Positions 46,006 to 56,387 of a stretch of 64,000 nt of DNA are shown here, piece after piece. Under the pieces are notes generated by a model. It worked only from the letters and a program-made list of their open reading frames with translations. It was not told the DNA's origin and ran no database searches. The number at the start of each line of letters is the position of its first letter. Within the stretch, counting starts at the first letter, position 1. The stretch is taken from NCBI RefSeq assembly GCF_019449565.1, contig NZ_JAGRPM010000019.1, positions 12,838 to 76,837 of the forward strand, in the 5' to 3' direction. The DNA comes from Rhodoblastus sp. Its GTDB lineage: Bacteria; Pseudomonadota; Alphaproteobacteria; Rhizobiales; Beijerinckiaceae. The position numbers were made by a program, and so were the translations under genes.

Positions 46006-48582
46006 TTATTTGGCGTCCTGGCCCGACGCCATGCCTTCCGCCAGCTTTTTCTTGTCGGCGTCGGTGAGGACCGGCGGCTCGACCGTGATGTTCAGCTTGT
46101 CGATCTTGCCGGTGAAGGCGAAGGGCGTCTGATAGTCGCGGTCGTCGATCGGCGTGCCGGATTTCGCGCCAATGTCGAAGGTTTCATCGATCGGCAGCAT
46201 GATCGGGATCGTCTTATCAAGCGTCTGCGTCGCAACCACCTTACCGTCGACGCTGAGCGTTCCCGTGCCCGGACGTCCAAGGCCGCTGACATTGTTGAAG
46301 GCAAGGGTGGCGAAGCCCAGCCCGTCAAATTTGAAGTCGAAGACGAGCGTGTGCTTGCCCGGCGCTAGAACGTCCGGGCCTTCCCATTTCACGCGCTTGA
46401 GGTCGAGCAGGTTCCAGTTGAAGACCGGCTTGCCTTTCAGCAGATAGAGGCCATAGCCGCCGAAGCGGCCGCCTTCCGACACGATATTGCCTTCGGCGCC
46501 GCCTTGCGGGACATCGATTTCGGCCGTGATCGTATATGAGGTGTTCAGCAGGTTGGGCGCGGCATTGTCGACGATGCCGGTGACCGGGTTGCCTGAATAG
46601 TTGAAGACCTTGCGGCCGGCGGCGAGGCCTGGCCGCGGCGCCACCACGCGGGTGATGACGGAAGCGTCGAGCGGCAGCACCTGATATTTGGCGAATTCGC
46701 CAAACATCTGCTCGGTCATTTCCTTGACCTTTGCCGGGTTCTGGGCGGCGACGTCGGTGTTCTGGGTCCAGTCGTGGGCGACGTCATAAAGCTCGAACTG
46801 GAAGGAATTGGCCGGGTCGAGATTGACATTGCCGAAGCCCAGCACCCACGGCGGGCGTTTTGGCACGGCCGAAAGCATCCAGCCGTCGTTATAAAGGCCC
46901 TGCACGCCGAACATTTCAAAATATTGCGTCTTGTGCGGCGTGGCCGCGTCCGCATTGGCCTTGTCGAAAGTATAAGCCAGGCTGACGCCCTCGATAGGCT
47001 TCTGGGCGATGCCGTCCACCATGTTCGGCGCAGTGACGCCGGTTGCCTCCAGAATGGTCGGCACGACGTCGATCACATGGTGGAACTGCCAGCGGACGCC
47101 GCCCTTGTCCTTGATCCTGTTGGGCCAGGAAACGACCATGCCGTTGCGGGTGCCCCCGAAGAAGGACGGGATCTGCTTGGTCCACTTATACGGCGTGTCG
47201 AAGGTCCAGGCCCACGGCACGGCGAAATGCGGATAGGTCTGGTCCGTGCCCCAGGCGTCATAAAAATATTTCAGCTGGTCCGCGACGGGGATTTCGACGG
47301 CGTTGAACGTCATGATCTCGCTCGGCGTGCCATTCAGCCCGCCTTCGGCCGAAGCGCCATTGTCGCCATTGATGAAAATGATCAGCGTGTTGTCGAGCTT
47401 GCCGAGCCTTTCGATTTCTCCGATCACGCGGCCGATTTCATTGTCGGTATAAGCCAGATAGGCGGCATAGACCTCCGCCTGCCGGATATAGAGCTTCTTT
47501 TCGTCGGCGCTCAGCTCGTCCCAGTTCTTGAACATGTCATGCGGCCAGGCGGTCAGCTGCGCGTCCTGCGGAATCACGCCGAGCTTCTTCTGATTGGCGA
47601 AGATCTGCTCACGGACCTTGTTCCAGCCCTGGTCGAACAGGTGCATGTCGCCGATCTTCTTGGTCCATTCCGGGGTCGGATGATGCGGCGCATGGGTGGC
47701 GCCCGGCGCGAAATAGAGCATGAACGGCATCGAGGGATCGATGTCATTCAACTGGTCGACCCAGTGAATGGCGTCATCGGCCATGGCGGTGACGAGATTC
47801 CACTTCGGATTGCCCTGAAAGGGCTGGATCGCGGTCGTGTTGCGAAACAGGTTCGGCTGCCACTGGCTCGTGTCGCCGCCGACGAAACCGTAGAAATATT
47901 CGAAGCCCATGCCGCTCGGCCACTGGTCGAACGGGCCGGCCTGGCTGGCCTGATAGGTCGGCGTGTTGTGATTCTTGCCGAACCAGGAGGTGCGATAGCC
48001 GTTCTCCAGCAGGACGCGACCGATGGTGGCGCTGTCCTTCGGGATGATGGAATTATAGCCGGGGAAGCCGGTCGATTGTTCCGAAACCACGCCGAAGCCG
48101 ACCGAGTGATGGTTACGGCCGGTGATTAGCGCCGCGCGGGTCGGCGAACACAGCGAGGTGGTGTGGAAATTGGTGTAGCGGAGGCCCTGCGCCGCGACTT
48201 TGTCGAGCGTCGGTGTCGGGATGACGCCGCCGAAGGTCGAGTTGGCGCCGAAGCCCTCGTCATCGATCAGAATCAGCAGAATATTCGGAGCGTCTTTCGG
48301 CGGCACGACGCGGGCAGGCCAATAGGGCTTGGATTGGGCGGCGTTGAGGCCGATCTGCCCGCCGAAATTCTGCGGAAAGGGGGGTAGCACATGGCCGTCG
48401 ATCGTGGTCGTCGCATTGGGCGCGCCTGGCGAGCCGGTGATCTGCTGCGCCTGGGCGGCGCCTTCCGTCAGGCCGATGGCCAGAACCAGCGCGAATCCGA
48501 ATCCTCCGAGCCGCAAGCCCGCGAGCGTCGTGGTCTTGCTTGGCGGTATAATTTCCGCGACCATCTGTCGGAACGCTATCAT
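46006..48582 (-). CDS. Arylsulfatase (Cys-type, FGly-dependent)
   Basis: PNILLILIDD, CSPTRAALITGRNHH, FGKNH, GDNGAS, HHVIDV.PT. Confidence 0.93.
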   Translation of the reverse strand: MIAFRQMVAEIIPPSKTTTLAGLRLGGFGFALVLAIGLTEGAAQAQQITGSPGAPNATTTIDGHVLPPFPQNFGGQIGLNAAQSKPYWPARVVPPKDAPNILLILIDDEGFGANSTFGGVIPTPTLDKVAAQGLRYTNFHTTSLCSPTRAALITGRNHHSVGFGVVSEQSTGFPGYNSIIPKDSATIGRVLLENGYRTSWFGKNHNTPTYQASQAGPFDQWPSGMGFEYFYGFVGGDTSQWQPNLFRNTTAIQPFQGNPKWNLVTAMADDAIHWVDQLNDIDPSMPFMLYFAPGATHAPHHPTPEWTKKIGDMHLFDQGWNKVREQIFANQKKLGVIPQDAQLTAWPHDMFKNWDELSADEKKLYIRQAEVYAAYLAYTDNEIGRVIGEIERLGKLDNTLIIFINGDNGASAEGGLNGTPSEIMTFNAVEIPVADQLKYFYDAWGTDQTYPHFAVPWAWTFDTPYKWTKQIPSFFGGTRNGMVVSWPNRIKDKGGVRWQFHHVIDVVPTILEATGVTAPNMVDGIAQKPIEGVSLAYTFDKANADAATPHKTQYFEMFGVQGLYNDGWMLSAVPKRPPWVLGFGNVNLDPANSFQFELYDVAHDWTQNTDVAAQNPAKVKEMTEQMFGEFAKYQVLPLDASVITRVVAPRPGLAAGRKVFNYSGNPVTGIVDNAAPNLLNTSYTITAEIDVPQGGAEGNIVSEGGRFGGYGLYLLKGKPVFNWNLLDLKRVKWEGPDVLAPGKHTLVFDFKFDGLGFATLAFNNVSGLGRPGTGTLSVDGKVVATQTLDKTIPIMLPIDETFDIGAKSGTPIDDRDYQTPFAFTGKIDKLNITVEPPVLTDADKKKLAEGMASGQDAK

Positions 48583-48986
48583 GGCGTCTTCCCTCAAAAT
48601 TGTTCTTTGAACTCCCGGGATCTGGGTACGGGAAAAGAATTTGCCCGCACGACCCAGGGGGCAAACTTAGCAGGGGCAGCGCATCTGTCATCCGGATTTT
48701 CTTGGCAAAAACTTATTTTTTGTCGCAGCAAATGTTGCGGTTTTGCTGCGATTTCCGATGGTGGCGGCAGTTTGAGACCCATCGCGGGGCTCGGCGCTCA
48801 GGTCCAGCGCAAAGAATCGAAGCCCCGAATGCTTTGTCAGCTTTTGGCCCCAACCGTTCATGACGCGTCGCGTGTGCGACGCGCGCAACAGATAAAATAA
48901 TTACATAACGATTTATACCTTCATTCCAAGCCGCACAAAGGCTGGCCTATGTATTGCATTCACATGTTGAGAGCATGAGGTCGCCC

Positions 48987-49853
48987 ATGTCGAAAGCCGG
49001 TCAGAACCTTTTTTCGTTTCAAAGCCGCCGTCTCGCTGTCGTGATGGGGACGAATGAAATCGCTTCGGCTGTCGCGGTCGCGCTGATCCGGGCCGGCTAT
49101 CCGACGGTCATGAGCCATGATCCGTATCCGCCCGTCATCCGGCGCGGCATGGCCTTCCACGATGCGCTCTTTGACGATTACATCGAACTCGGCGGCATTG
49201 TCGGGCGGCGCGCGGAAAGCCTGCTCGAAATCGCTTCGGTCCTCGCGCGCAAGAAAAGCGTGGCGGTGTCGCCGCTCTCGCTTACCGATTTGCTGGCCCT
49301 GCGCGTGGCCGACGTCCTGATCGACGCGCGGATGCAGAAGCACCGCGTCACGCCGGATTTTCGTGGCCTGGCGCGGATCACGGTCGGGCTGGGGCCGAAA
49401 TTCGTCGTCGGCGCCAATTGCGACATAGCGGTCGAGACCCGGCCGGCGCGCACGGGCGCGCTTGTCGAGACCGGAGCGACGGAAGAGCCGGACGGCGAGG
49501 CGCGCCAGCTTGGCGGCGTGGGCCGCGAACGCTTCGTCTATTCCGGCCGCACGGGCGTCTGGCGTACGCCGGTCGATATCGGCATGTGGGTTCCCAAGGG
49601 CTTTCTGATCGGGCGCCACGAGGGGGCTCCCGTCCTTGCGCCGCTCGACGGCCATGTGCGCGGCGTGGCGCGGGATTCGGCTTTCGCGCCCGAGGGCGTG
49701 AAACTGCTCGAAATCGATCCGCGCGGCCGCGCCGAGGGCTGCAGGGGCGCCGACGAGCGCGGGCGGATGATCGCCGCCGCGACCCTGAAGGCGGTCAAGC
49801 TGGAATCCGCCCGGCGCGAAGCCCTGGCGGAGGCGGGGGCGGGAACTCGCTGA
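48987..49853 (+). CDS. YqeB-like molybdenum-hydroxylase accessory protein
   Basis: G.NEIASAVA..L.RAG, IRRGMAF, LIDARMQK, AVET, GVGRER..Y, A...G.VRG. Confidence 0.7.
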   Translation: MSKAGQNLFSFQSRRLAVVMGTNEIASAVAVALIRAGYPTVMSHDPYPPVIRRGMAFHDALFDDYIELGGIVGRRAESLLEIASVLARKKSVAVSPLSLTDLLALRVADVLIDARMQKHRVTPDFRGLARITVGLGPKFVVGANCDIAVETRPARTGALVETGATEEPDGEARQLGGVGRERFVYSGRTGVWRTPVDIGMWVPKGFLIGRHEGAPVLAPLDGHVRGVARDSAFAPEGVKLLEIDPRGRAEGCRGADERGRMIAAATLKAVKLESARREALAEAGAGTR

Positions 49854-49979
49854 CAGGCGTGGGGCGTTCCAATATTTCTTCAAAGGGATTGCAGGCCTAC
49901 GTCCGGGCGCGGTGGAACCGAAAATCAACCCTATTGCCCTAACAAGACCTCTTACGGCGCCATTGCCGTCGGGAGAGCT

Positions 49980-50318
49980 ATGATGCTGCCGAATAGTGTG
50001 ACGACCGCGCTGGAGCTGCCGGGTTACCGCGTGGTCCGAAATATCGGGATTGTGCGCGGAATCACGGTCCGCTCGCGCTCCGTCGTTGGAAATATCGCCG
50101 GCGCGTTCCAGATATTCTTTGGCGGAAGTATCTCGGTCTACACCAATCTCTGCGAGCGCACCCGCACGGAAGCCTATGAAATGATGTGCGAACACGCCGA
50201 TGCGGTCGGCGCCAACGCGATTCTGATGATGCGCTATGACGCCAATGAAATCCTGAGCGGCGTCACTGAAGTCATCTGTTACGGGACGGCCGTGGTCGTC
50301 GAAGAGGAGCAGACATGA
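49980..50318 (+). CDS. YbjQ (UPF0145) family protein
   Basis: GIVRGITVRSRS, GANAI..MRYD, CYGTAV. Confidence 0.9.
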   Translation: MMLPNSVTTALELPGYRVVRNIGIVRGITVRSRSVVGNIAGAFQIFFGGSISVYTNLCERTRTEAYEMMCEHADAVGANAILMMRYDANEILSGVTEVICYGTAVVVEEEQT

Positions 50319-50527
50319 ACTGGACGGTTCCCGCCGGTTTTGGCCTTTTCCTGATCGGCGCGATCGTGGCGCTGATTCAGCTCTGGCTCCGGGTTCTCGA
50401 TCCCGAAACCTTCGTGAAGGCGATGATCACGCTCGGCGTGCTGCTGGCTCTCATCCTGGCCTGGGGCCTCGTCCTGCGCGAGCGGCGCGATGCGGCGAGG
50501 CTGAAGGACAAGAGCCGGCTCGATTAG
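50315..50527 (+). CDS. Small two-TM membrane protein
   Basis: Coupled to the YbjQ gene (ATGA overlap). Confidence 0.6.
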   Translation: MNWTVPAGFGLFLIGAIVALIQLWLRVLDPETFVKAMITLGVLLALILAWGLVLRERRDAARLKDKSRLD

Positions 50528-50540
50528 CCTCAAGCACACG

Positions 50541-51611
50541 TCACGAATGGTCGTGGCGGTGATGCAGGTCCGGATAATGCGGATGGGAATGCGCCAGCCG
50601 TCTGTGCCGATGACGATGGGAATGCGGTTCGACCACGTCTTCGCCGTCATGGCTGTGCTGGTGGTGCTCGTCATGCACATGGCTGTGCTCGTGATCCAGC
50701 GGTTCGTGGGCGTGCTGGTGTTCATGCCGTTCGGCGAGATGCAGCCACACGCCGAGGCCCATCAAGGCGCCGGCGACGAGCAGGCTCGGCGTCGCCGGTT
50801 CGCGCAGCAGCGCGATGGCGGCGACGGCGCCGATGAAGGGGGCGAGGGAGAAATAGGCGCCGGCGCGCGCGGTCCCCAGATGGCGCAGCGCCAGAATGAA
50901 CAGCACGAGGCTGACGCCCACGCCGAAAAAGCCGAGGGTAGCGGCGGCGGCCACCGGGACGGGGCCGGGGAGGTCGGCGCCGCGCGCGAGCGCAATGACG
51001 CAATTGACCGAACCCGCCGCAAGCCCCTTGATCGCGGCAATCGCCACCGGGTCGGCCGAAGATAATTTGCGCGTGAGATTATTGTCGACGCCCCAGGCGA
51101 GGCAGGCGCCGGCGATCAGCACCGCGCCTTTGTCCAGCGACACGCCCGCGCCGTTCCATGACAGCACGGCCGCCCCGGCCAGGATCGCCATGGCCCCGGC
51201 GAAAAGCCGAGCGTCGACATTCTCGCGAAAGACCAGCCAGGCGATTGCCATGGTCGCCAGCCCTTCGAGATTGAGCAGCAGCGAGCCATTGGCGGCGCTG
51301 GTCGATTGCAGGCCCGCCATCAGCAGCAGCGGGCCGATCAGTCCGCCCGCGATGACGACCGCCGCGAGCCACGGCAGATCGGGCCGTCGCAAGGGCGCCT
51401 CGGCGCCGGGCAGGCCGATCGCGCGCCGCCCGAAATTGACCGCCGCAAGGCCGAGGCCCGCGCCGAGATAAAGCACGCCCGCCAGCAATTGCGGATCGAA
51501 CCGGTCAAGCAGAAGCTTGCTGAGCGGCGCCGTCAGGCCGAACAGCAAGGCGGAGCCGAAGGCGAACGCCGCCCCCGGCAGAAGTTGGGATTGAAAAGGA
51601 AGGCCAGACAT
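50541..51611 (-). CDS. EamA/DMT transporter with a His-rich C-terminal tail
   Basis: Ten TM segments; tail HEHQHAHEPLDHEHSHVHDEHHQHSH..HYPDLHHRHDH. Confidence 0.88.
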   Translation of the reverse strand: MSGLPFQSQLLPGAAFAFGSALLFGLTAPLSKLLLDRFDPQLLAGVLYLGAGLGLAAVNFGRRAIGLPGAEAPLRRPDLPWLAAVVIAGGLIGPLLLMAGLQSTSAANGSLLLNLEGLATMAIAWLVFRENVDARLFAGAMAILAGAAVLSWNGAGVSLDKGAVLIAGACLAWGVDNNLTRKLSSADPVAIAAIKGLAAGSVNCVIALARGADLPGPVPVAAAATLGFFGVGVSLVLFILALRHLGTARAGAYFSLAPFIGAVAAIALLREPATPSLLVAGALMGLGVWLHLAERHEHQHAHEPLDHEHSHVHDEHHQHSHDGEDVVEPHSHRHRHRRLAHSHPHYPDLHHRHDHS

Positions 51612-51650
51612 GACGCCTTCTACCACGGCGCCCGTGGCGGCAGCCAAATT

Positions 51651-51962
51651 TCACGCCGCGCAGGAGATGCACTTAATTGCCGTCGGCAATGCTTTCAGGC
51701 GTTTCGGGTCGATGGGTTCGCCGCATTGCGCGCAGACGCCATAGCTTCCTTCAGCGATCCGATTCAGTGCATCGCGGATCTGGCGAATCTCCTCAAGCTT
51801 GGACTTCTCGATGCCTTCAAGCGCGTCCTGGTCCTCAAGCTTGGTCGCCTGTTCTTCCCAGTTTGCGGGCAGCCCGCTGCGCAATTCGCTGTCGATCTCG
51901 GCGACATTGCCCATCAGTTCCGCCAGACGACGCTGAAGCGCCTTTTCGATGTCCTTGCTCAT
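51651..51962 (-). CDS. TraR/DksA C4 zinc-finger protein
   Basis: ALNRIAEGSYGVCAQCGEPI...RL.ALP....CISC. Confidence 0.9.
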   Translation of the reverse strand: MSKDIEKALQRRLAELMGNVAEIDSELRSGLPANWEEQATKLEDQDALEGIEKSKLEEIRQIRDALNRIAEGSYGVCAQCGEPIDPKRLKALPTAIKCISCAA

Positions 51963-52065
51963 TTCTTTCCCCAGTCGCATTTCCGATGGCTTTCCGGTCC
52001 TTCTTAACCTGACTCCAGGATTGCCGCCATTCGCAATGGAGAGAGGGGCAGGGGCAGACGCCCCC

Positions 52066-52656
52066 TCAATAGGGGGGCGGGCGCAGCGCCCGCTGCGCTT
52101 TGGCTGCGTCGGCCCACCAGGCGAGGTCGTCCGCGAACCTTGGGAACGCCTGTTCCAGAGCCTTTCCCGCAGGGCCCGACGGGGCGCCGTCCGCGTCCAG
52201 GGTCTGTACGATCGGACCGACCGCCAGGGCGCTCGAAATCACCACCATGCCCATTTCGGACAGACTATTATGCCAGGCAAAGCTCGACCGCGCTCCCGAA
52301 AGACGACCAGCCGAATAGCTGGCGATTGCTGCGGGGCGCCAGAACCATTCTTCAAGAAAATGATCGGTCAGGTTCTTCAGACCCGGCTGCACACCCCAGT
52401 TATATTCGCCGACGACGAAGACGAAGGCGTCCGCGCCGCGAATTTTCGACGCCAGAGCTTCCATGGCGGGCGGAGCCGAACCTGACGGATATTCCTTGTA
52501 CATCCGGTCCAGCATGGGAAGGCCGACAGCCTTTGCGTCAATAAGTTCGGCAGCGTCGCCGCGCGCGCGAAGCCCTGCGACAATGAAGTCCGCCAGTCGG
52601 ATGCCCATCCGGTCCGACCGATAGGAACCGTAAAAAACGAGGATCTTGTGAGCCAT
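52066..52656 (-). CDS. NADPH-dependent FMN reductase
   Basis: GSYRSDRMG, EYNWG..PGLKN..DH, SYSAG..SG.R. Confidence 0.88.
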   Translation of the reverse strand: MAHKILVFYGSYRSDRMGIRLADFIVAGLRARGDAAELIDAKAVGLPMLDRMYKEYPSGSAPPAMEALASKIRGADAFVFVVGEYNWGVQPGLKNLTDHFLEEWFWRPAAIASYSAGRLSGARSSFAWHNSLSEMGMVVISSALAVGPIVQTLDADGAPSGPAGKALEQAFPRFADDLAWWADAAKAQRALRPPPY

Positions 52657-52777
52657 CTTTCGCCTCGCCTCTAATACCTAAGGCAACTTCGATGATTGCC
52701 AAATGGTTCAGATCAATGAGACGCCTTCCATAGAAGTCCATATCGAAGCGATGGAAAGCGGCCATGCTTTGGAGCGA

Positions 52778-54067
52778 TCAAGCGGGATCCTGACGTTCCG
52801 GCGCCGCCGATCCGGGCGAATGCGGCAGGAAGGCCGCAAGCGTCAAGCCAATGCATACCGCAACCGCAGCAATGATCACGCCGGGGATTTCGGCGGCGCC
52901 CGTCTGTCGTTGCAAGGTTTGGACGACATAGGGCGCTGCTCCGCCGAACAAGGCCGTCGCAGTGGTGGCGCCCAGGGCTAGACCGGTCAGACGCACCGCC
53001 CCGGAGAATTGTTCGGCGGTCGCCGTCGCGCCGACCGCGCTGACGCCGCCGCCAAGCGCGGCCAGAATGGCGACGCCTGCTATCGCAGCCTCGGTGGAGC
53101 CGCTAGCGATGAGACGAAACATCGCGACCGGAAGAATGACGCAGGCGAGACAAAGGCCCAGCAAGACCGGTTTGCGCCCGACGAGATCGGAAAGCCATCC
53201 AAACCAGGGCGTCACCGCAATGACGACCACCGCCGCGATACTGGAAAATTCCAGCGCCTGAGCCTCATTGCCCCGTCCGGCCGTCGCGAGAAAAGAGGGG
53301 ACATAGGTAATGCCGATGTAATAGGTCACCGATCCCAGAGCGGAAATGGCGAAGCCGAGCGCAACGCCGCGACCTTCGTTGCGCAGGACTTGGATGAGAG
53401 GCCGGATCGTGCTGGCGGCGCCGACCGGCGGCTCCATAAAAAGCGGCGTTTCCACAATCATGTTGCGCGCGACAAAGACGGCGCCCGCCAGCACCCCGCC
53501 GAACAGGAATGGAAGCCTCCATCCCCATGCGTCGAGCTGCGCAACATCGAGCTTGCGCGCCAGGACCGCGCAGAAGCCGACAGCCAACAATCCGCCAATC
53601 TCGCTCGCCGCCGCCGCAAGGGACGTGACAAGACCTCTTAGATGAGATGGCGCGCTTTCAAAGAGATAGGCGACCACGGCGGTATATTCGCCTCCGACGC
53701 TGAAACCCATAAGGCAACGCATCAGGATCAGTCCCGCTCCCGCGATGGAGCCGACCTGGGCGTGGGTTGGCAACAAGGCGAGGCACAGCATCGTCAGAGT
53801 CATCGCCGCCATCGACATGAGCAGCGTCGGCCTTCGGCCGTACCGGTCGCCGAACAGTCCAAACAGGATGGCGCCGAACGGCCGCATCAAATAGGCGATG
53901 GCGAAACCGGCCAGCGTTTTGCCCAGAGCCATCTCATCCTGGCCAAAGAACACGCGCGACAAGGTTGGCGCGAAATAGAGGCAGAGCGTAAAATCATACC
54001 ACTCGACCACGGTGGAAAGGCCCACGGCCAACATGGAGACGGCGCGGCGCGGGCCGGCGGCGGTCAT
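52778..54067 (-). CDS. MFS transporter (MHS/ProP-like)
   Basis: VEWYDF, MRPFGAILFG..GDRYGRR, GFSVGGEY, WGWRLPF. Confidence 0.92.
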   Translation of the reverse strand: MTAAGPRRAVSMLAVGLSTVVEWYDFTLCLYFAPTLSRVFFGQDEMALGKTLAGFAIAYLMRPFGAILFGLFGDRYGRRPTLLMSMAAMTLTMLCLALLPTHAQVGSIAGAGLILMRCLMGFSVGGEYTAVVAYLFESAPSHLRGLVTSLAAAASEIGGLLAVGFCAVLARKLDVAQLDAWGWRLPFLFGGVLAGAVFVARNMIVETPLFMEPPVGAASTIRPLIQVLRNEGRGVALGFAISALGSVTYYIGITYVPSFLATAGRGNEAQALEFSSIAAVVVIAVTPWFGWLSDLVGRKPVLLGLCLACVILPVAMFRLIASGSTEAAIAGVAILAALGGGVSAVGATATAEQFSGAVRLTGLALGATTATALFGGAAPYVVQTLQRQTGAAEIPGVIIAAVAVCIGLTLAAFLPHSPGSAAPERQDPA

Positions 54068-54547
54068 GCGCCATCCTTGGCCAATCGCGGGCCGTTCAGT
54101 CGCCAATCCTGATGAGGTTCAAAAAATTCGCTAGTCGTGCGCGATTGGACGCAGGGAGACGCGTGACCGCTTTTGAGAAAAACGAACTGCCCGTTCATCG
54201 ACCTGCCATTAGCATCCCTGATCGCTGATTGCGCGATCCGATAGCCAGGATAGTTCCGCCAAGCGTCGCCCGTCCATCCACGCTTCAATCCTTCTTATTT
54301 TCCAGCTGTTTGTGGAAAGATAGTGCCGCCGCGTCAATCGGGACCTGGTGGGCGGCCTGCCGGTCGTCAGGTTTCCCGGAAAGGTGGCGGTTGGGCGGCT
54401 TTCTCGCGCTGCAGCTTGTAAGGCGTTGGCGTCCAGCTATAAATTGAAGTTCGGCGAAGCGGCGCGAAACAATACATATTGGGCGCAACGTCGGCGTTCT
54501 TGCATTCGCCAATGCCGACCTGACTCGATTGAAATGGGAGCGCTTCG

Positions 54548-55069
54548 ATGAGGACTTCCGCGTTATTGCGCTGGCTGCTCACGGCGGGCGCCATTTTCGG
54601 AGCGAGCGCCGCCCATGCGGATGGGGCCGGTAGCCCGACGCCGGCGACTTCAACCAATGGCGAATATTTCGATAAGCAGGGAAATCCCACATACAAGATC
54701 GAGAAAGACGGCACGGTGGATTGGTATACTTACATCGGCTACACGATGTATGGCGCCAATTGCTTGCAATGCCATGGTCCCGATGCGCTCGGATCGAGCT
54801 ATGCGCCTTCGCTGGTCGATGCTTTGAAGTCGTTGAATACGTCGGACGCGATGGGAATTATTATCGGCGGGAAGAAAAATATCAGTAGTTCCCAGGAACT
54901 GGTGATGCCCTCCTTCGGCCTCAACAAGAACGTCATGTGTTACATCGACGCAATCTATATCTATTTGAGGGCGCGTTCCGACGGTGCGCTTGGCAGGGGT
55001 TGGCCAGACAAATTTGAGGCCAGGCCGGCGAATTACGAAAAAAGCCTGAATTCCTGCCTGGGCGGTTAA
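54548..55069 (+). CDS. XoxG-like methanol-metabolism-related cytochrome c
   Basis: DGTVDWYTY.G, CLQCHGPD, SSYAP.L, MPSFG.NKNVMCY.D.IY.YLRAR. Confidence 0.78.
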   Translation: MRTSALLRWLLTAGAIFGASAAHADGAGSPTPATSTNGEYFDKQGNPTYKIEKDGTVDWYTYIGYTMYGANCLQCHGPDALGSSYAPSLVDALKSLNTSDAMGIIIGGKKNISSSQELVMPSFGLNKNVMCYIDAIYIYLRARSDGALGRGWPDKFEARPANYEKSLNSCLGG

Positions 55070-55112
55070 TTCCGTCACACATCCGTCAAGCCGCGCGCCT
55101 GTATCGGCATCC

Positions 55113-56363
55113 TCATTGGGGACCGCTTGACCCGATCTGCCGCACCGATTGATTGAACTGGTTAAGCTGGTCGCCGAAACCATTCCGCGTTTCCGGGTCG
55201 ACGATGGCGACCGGGGCGGAAAGGACCAGTCCGGCGGCGTTCCCGACCGAACCCGCGGCGCCCGCCGTCACCTGCATCATCCGGGCGCCGACGCCCACGC
55301 GCTGGTCGGTCAGCGTCTGCCCCGCCGCGATCCTGCGGCCGATCAATTCGACGACACGCGGATCTTCCGCGAACTTGCCGTGATTGAAAAAATCATGTGA
55401 GGGCAATCGGGTCATGTTGACGACCGACAATTGCTCTTGTTCGATCTTGCTCTTGTACGGCTCGACATTGGGATCGATGGCCCCCAGTCGCGGTGCCTCC
55501 CAAAGGTCCCGCGACGCCGCCAGCGCGCGGTCGTTTTCGGACACGAACAGCACGATGTGCGGGCGTTGGGGGCCGAGCGTGGCGAATTGTTGCCACGCGA
55601 TATCAACATCGACATCGGCGTCCGCCAGCATGACCAGCCTGATCTTGGGGGCGACGCGGCCGTCGCGGATCGCCATCTGCCGCAGCGCTTCGAGCGTCAC
55701 CCAATTGCCCATCGAATGGGCGAGGACACTGATCTTTTTGACCTCGGGGTTCTTGTCTAAATCCCGCAACAAGGCTTCAAGCGCGTCGCGCGAATAATTG
55801 GCGCTGTCGCGATCGTAATTATACGCGGAAATCTTGCCTTTCGACGGCCAAGTGAACAGAACCGGCGCCACGTCGGGGCTGGCTCCGGAATCATGCAGAA
55901 TCTGCGCGAAGCGATAGACCGCGTCTTCGTAACGGTTGTTGAAGCCGTGCACGAAGACCAGCGCCTGCTTCTCGCGGGACTGGTCGACCAGGCGCGAGAA
56001 CGAGGCCTTGGCCTGGTCCATCGTGATGATCTCGGATTTGAGGGTCACGAAGTCCGTTTCAGGATTGCCGGGCGGCTGACGCGGCCACTCGACTTCGCCG
56101 ATCTTGCGGTTGGCGTCGGGCGGGATCGAAACCACCATGTCGGCGAAGGAAACCTCCGGCGCCCGACCGCCGCCGAACAGAAAGGCGCGCGACTCCGCCT
56201 TGGTCCGCGTTGTCGCGACGACCATTTCGACGTGGCTCGTCCCCGGCGCATGAGCGGCTGACGGGACGGGGACGAGAAAGCCTTCGGAGCTGGCGCAGCC
56301 CGAAAGTCCCAAGGCGACGATGATCGCAAAGCCTAATCCACGCAAAACCGTCCCCGCTTTCAA
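55113..56363 (-). CDS. DUF900 family alpha/beta hydrolase, lipoprotein
   Basis: LSGC, FVHGFNN, FTWPS, LAHSMGN. Confidence 0.88.
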   Translation of the reverse strand: MKAGTVLRGLGFAIIVALGLSGCASSEGFLVPVPSAAHAPGTSHVEMVVATTRTKAESRAFLFGGGRAPEVSFADMVVSIPPDANRKIGEVEWPRQPPGNPETDFVTLKSEIITMDQAKASFSRLVDQSREKQALVFVHGFNNRYEDAVYRFAQILHDSGASPDVAPVLFTWPSKGKISAYNYDRDSANYSRDALEALLRDLDKNPEVKKISVLAHSMGNWVTLEALRQMAIRDGRVAPKIRLVMLADADVDVDIAWQQFATLGPQRPHIVLFVSENDRALAASRDLWEAPRLGAIDPNVEPYKSKIEQEQLSVVNMTRLPSHDFFNHGKFAEDPRVVELIGRRIAAGQTLTDQRVGVGARMMQVTAGAAGSVGNAAGLVLSAPVAIVDPETRNGFGDQLNQFNQSVRQIGSSGPQ

Positions 56364-56387
56364 TAAATTCCGGCTACTCCCGGTCCG

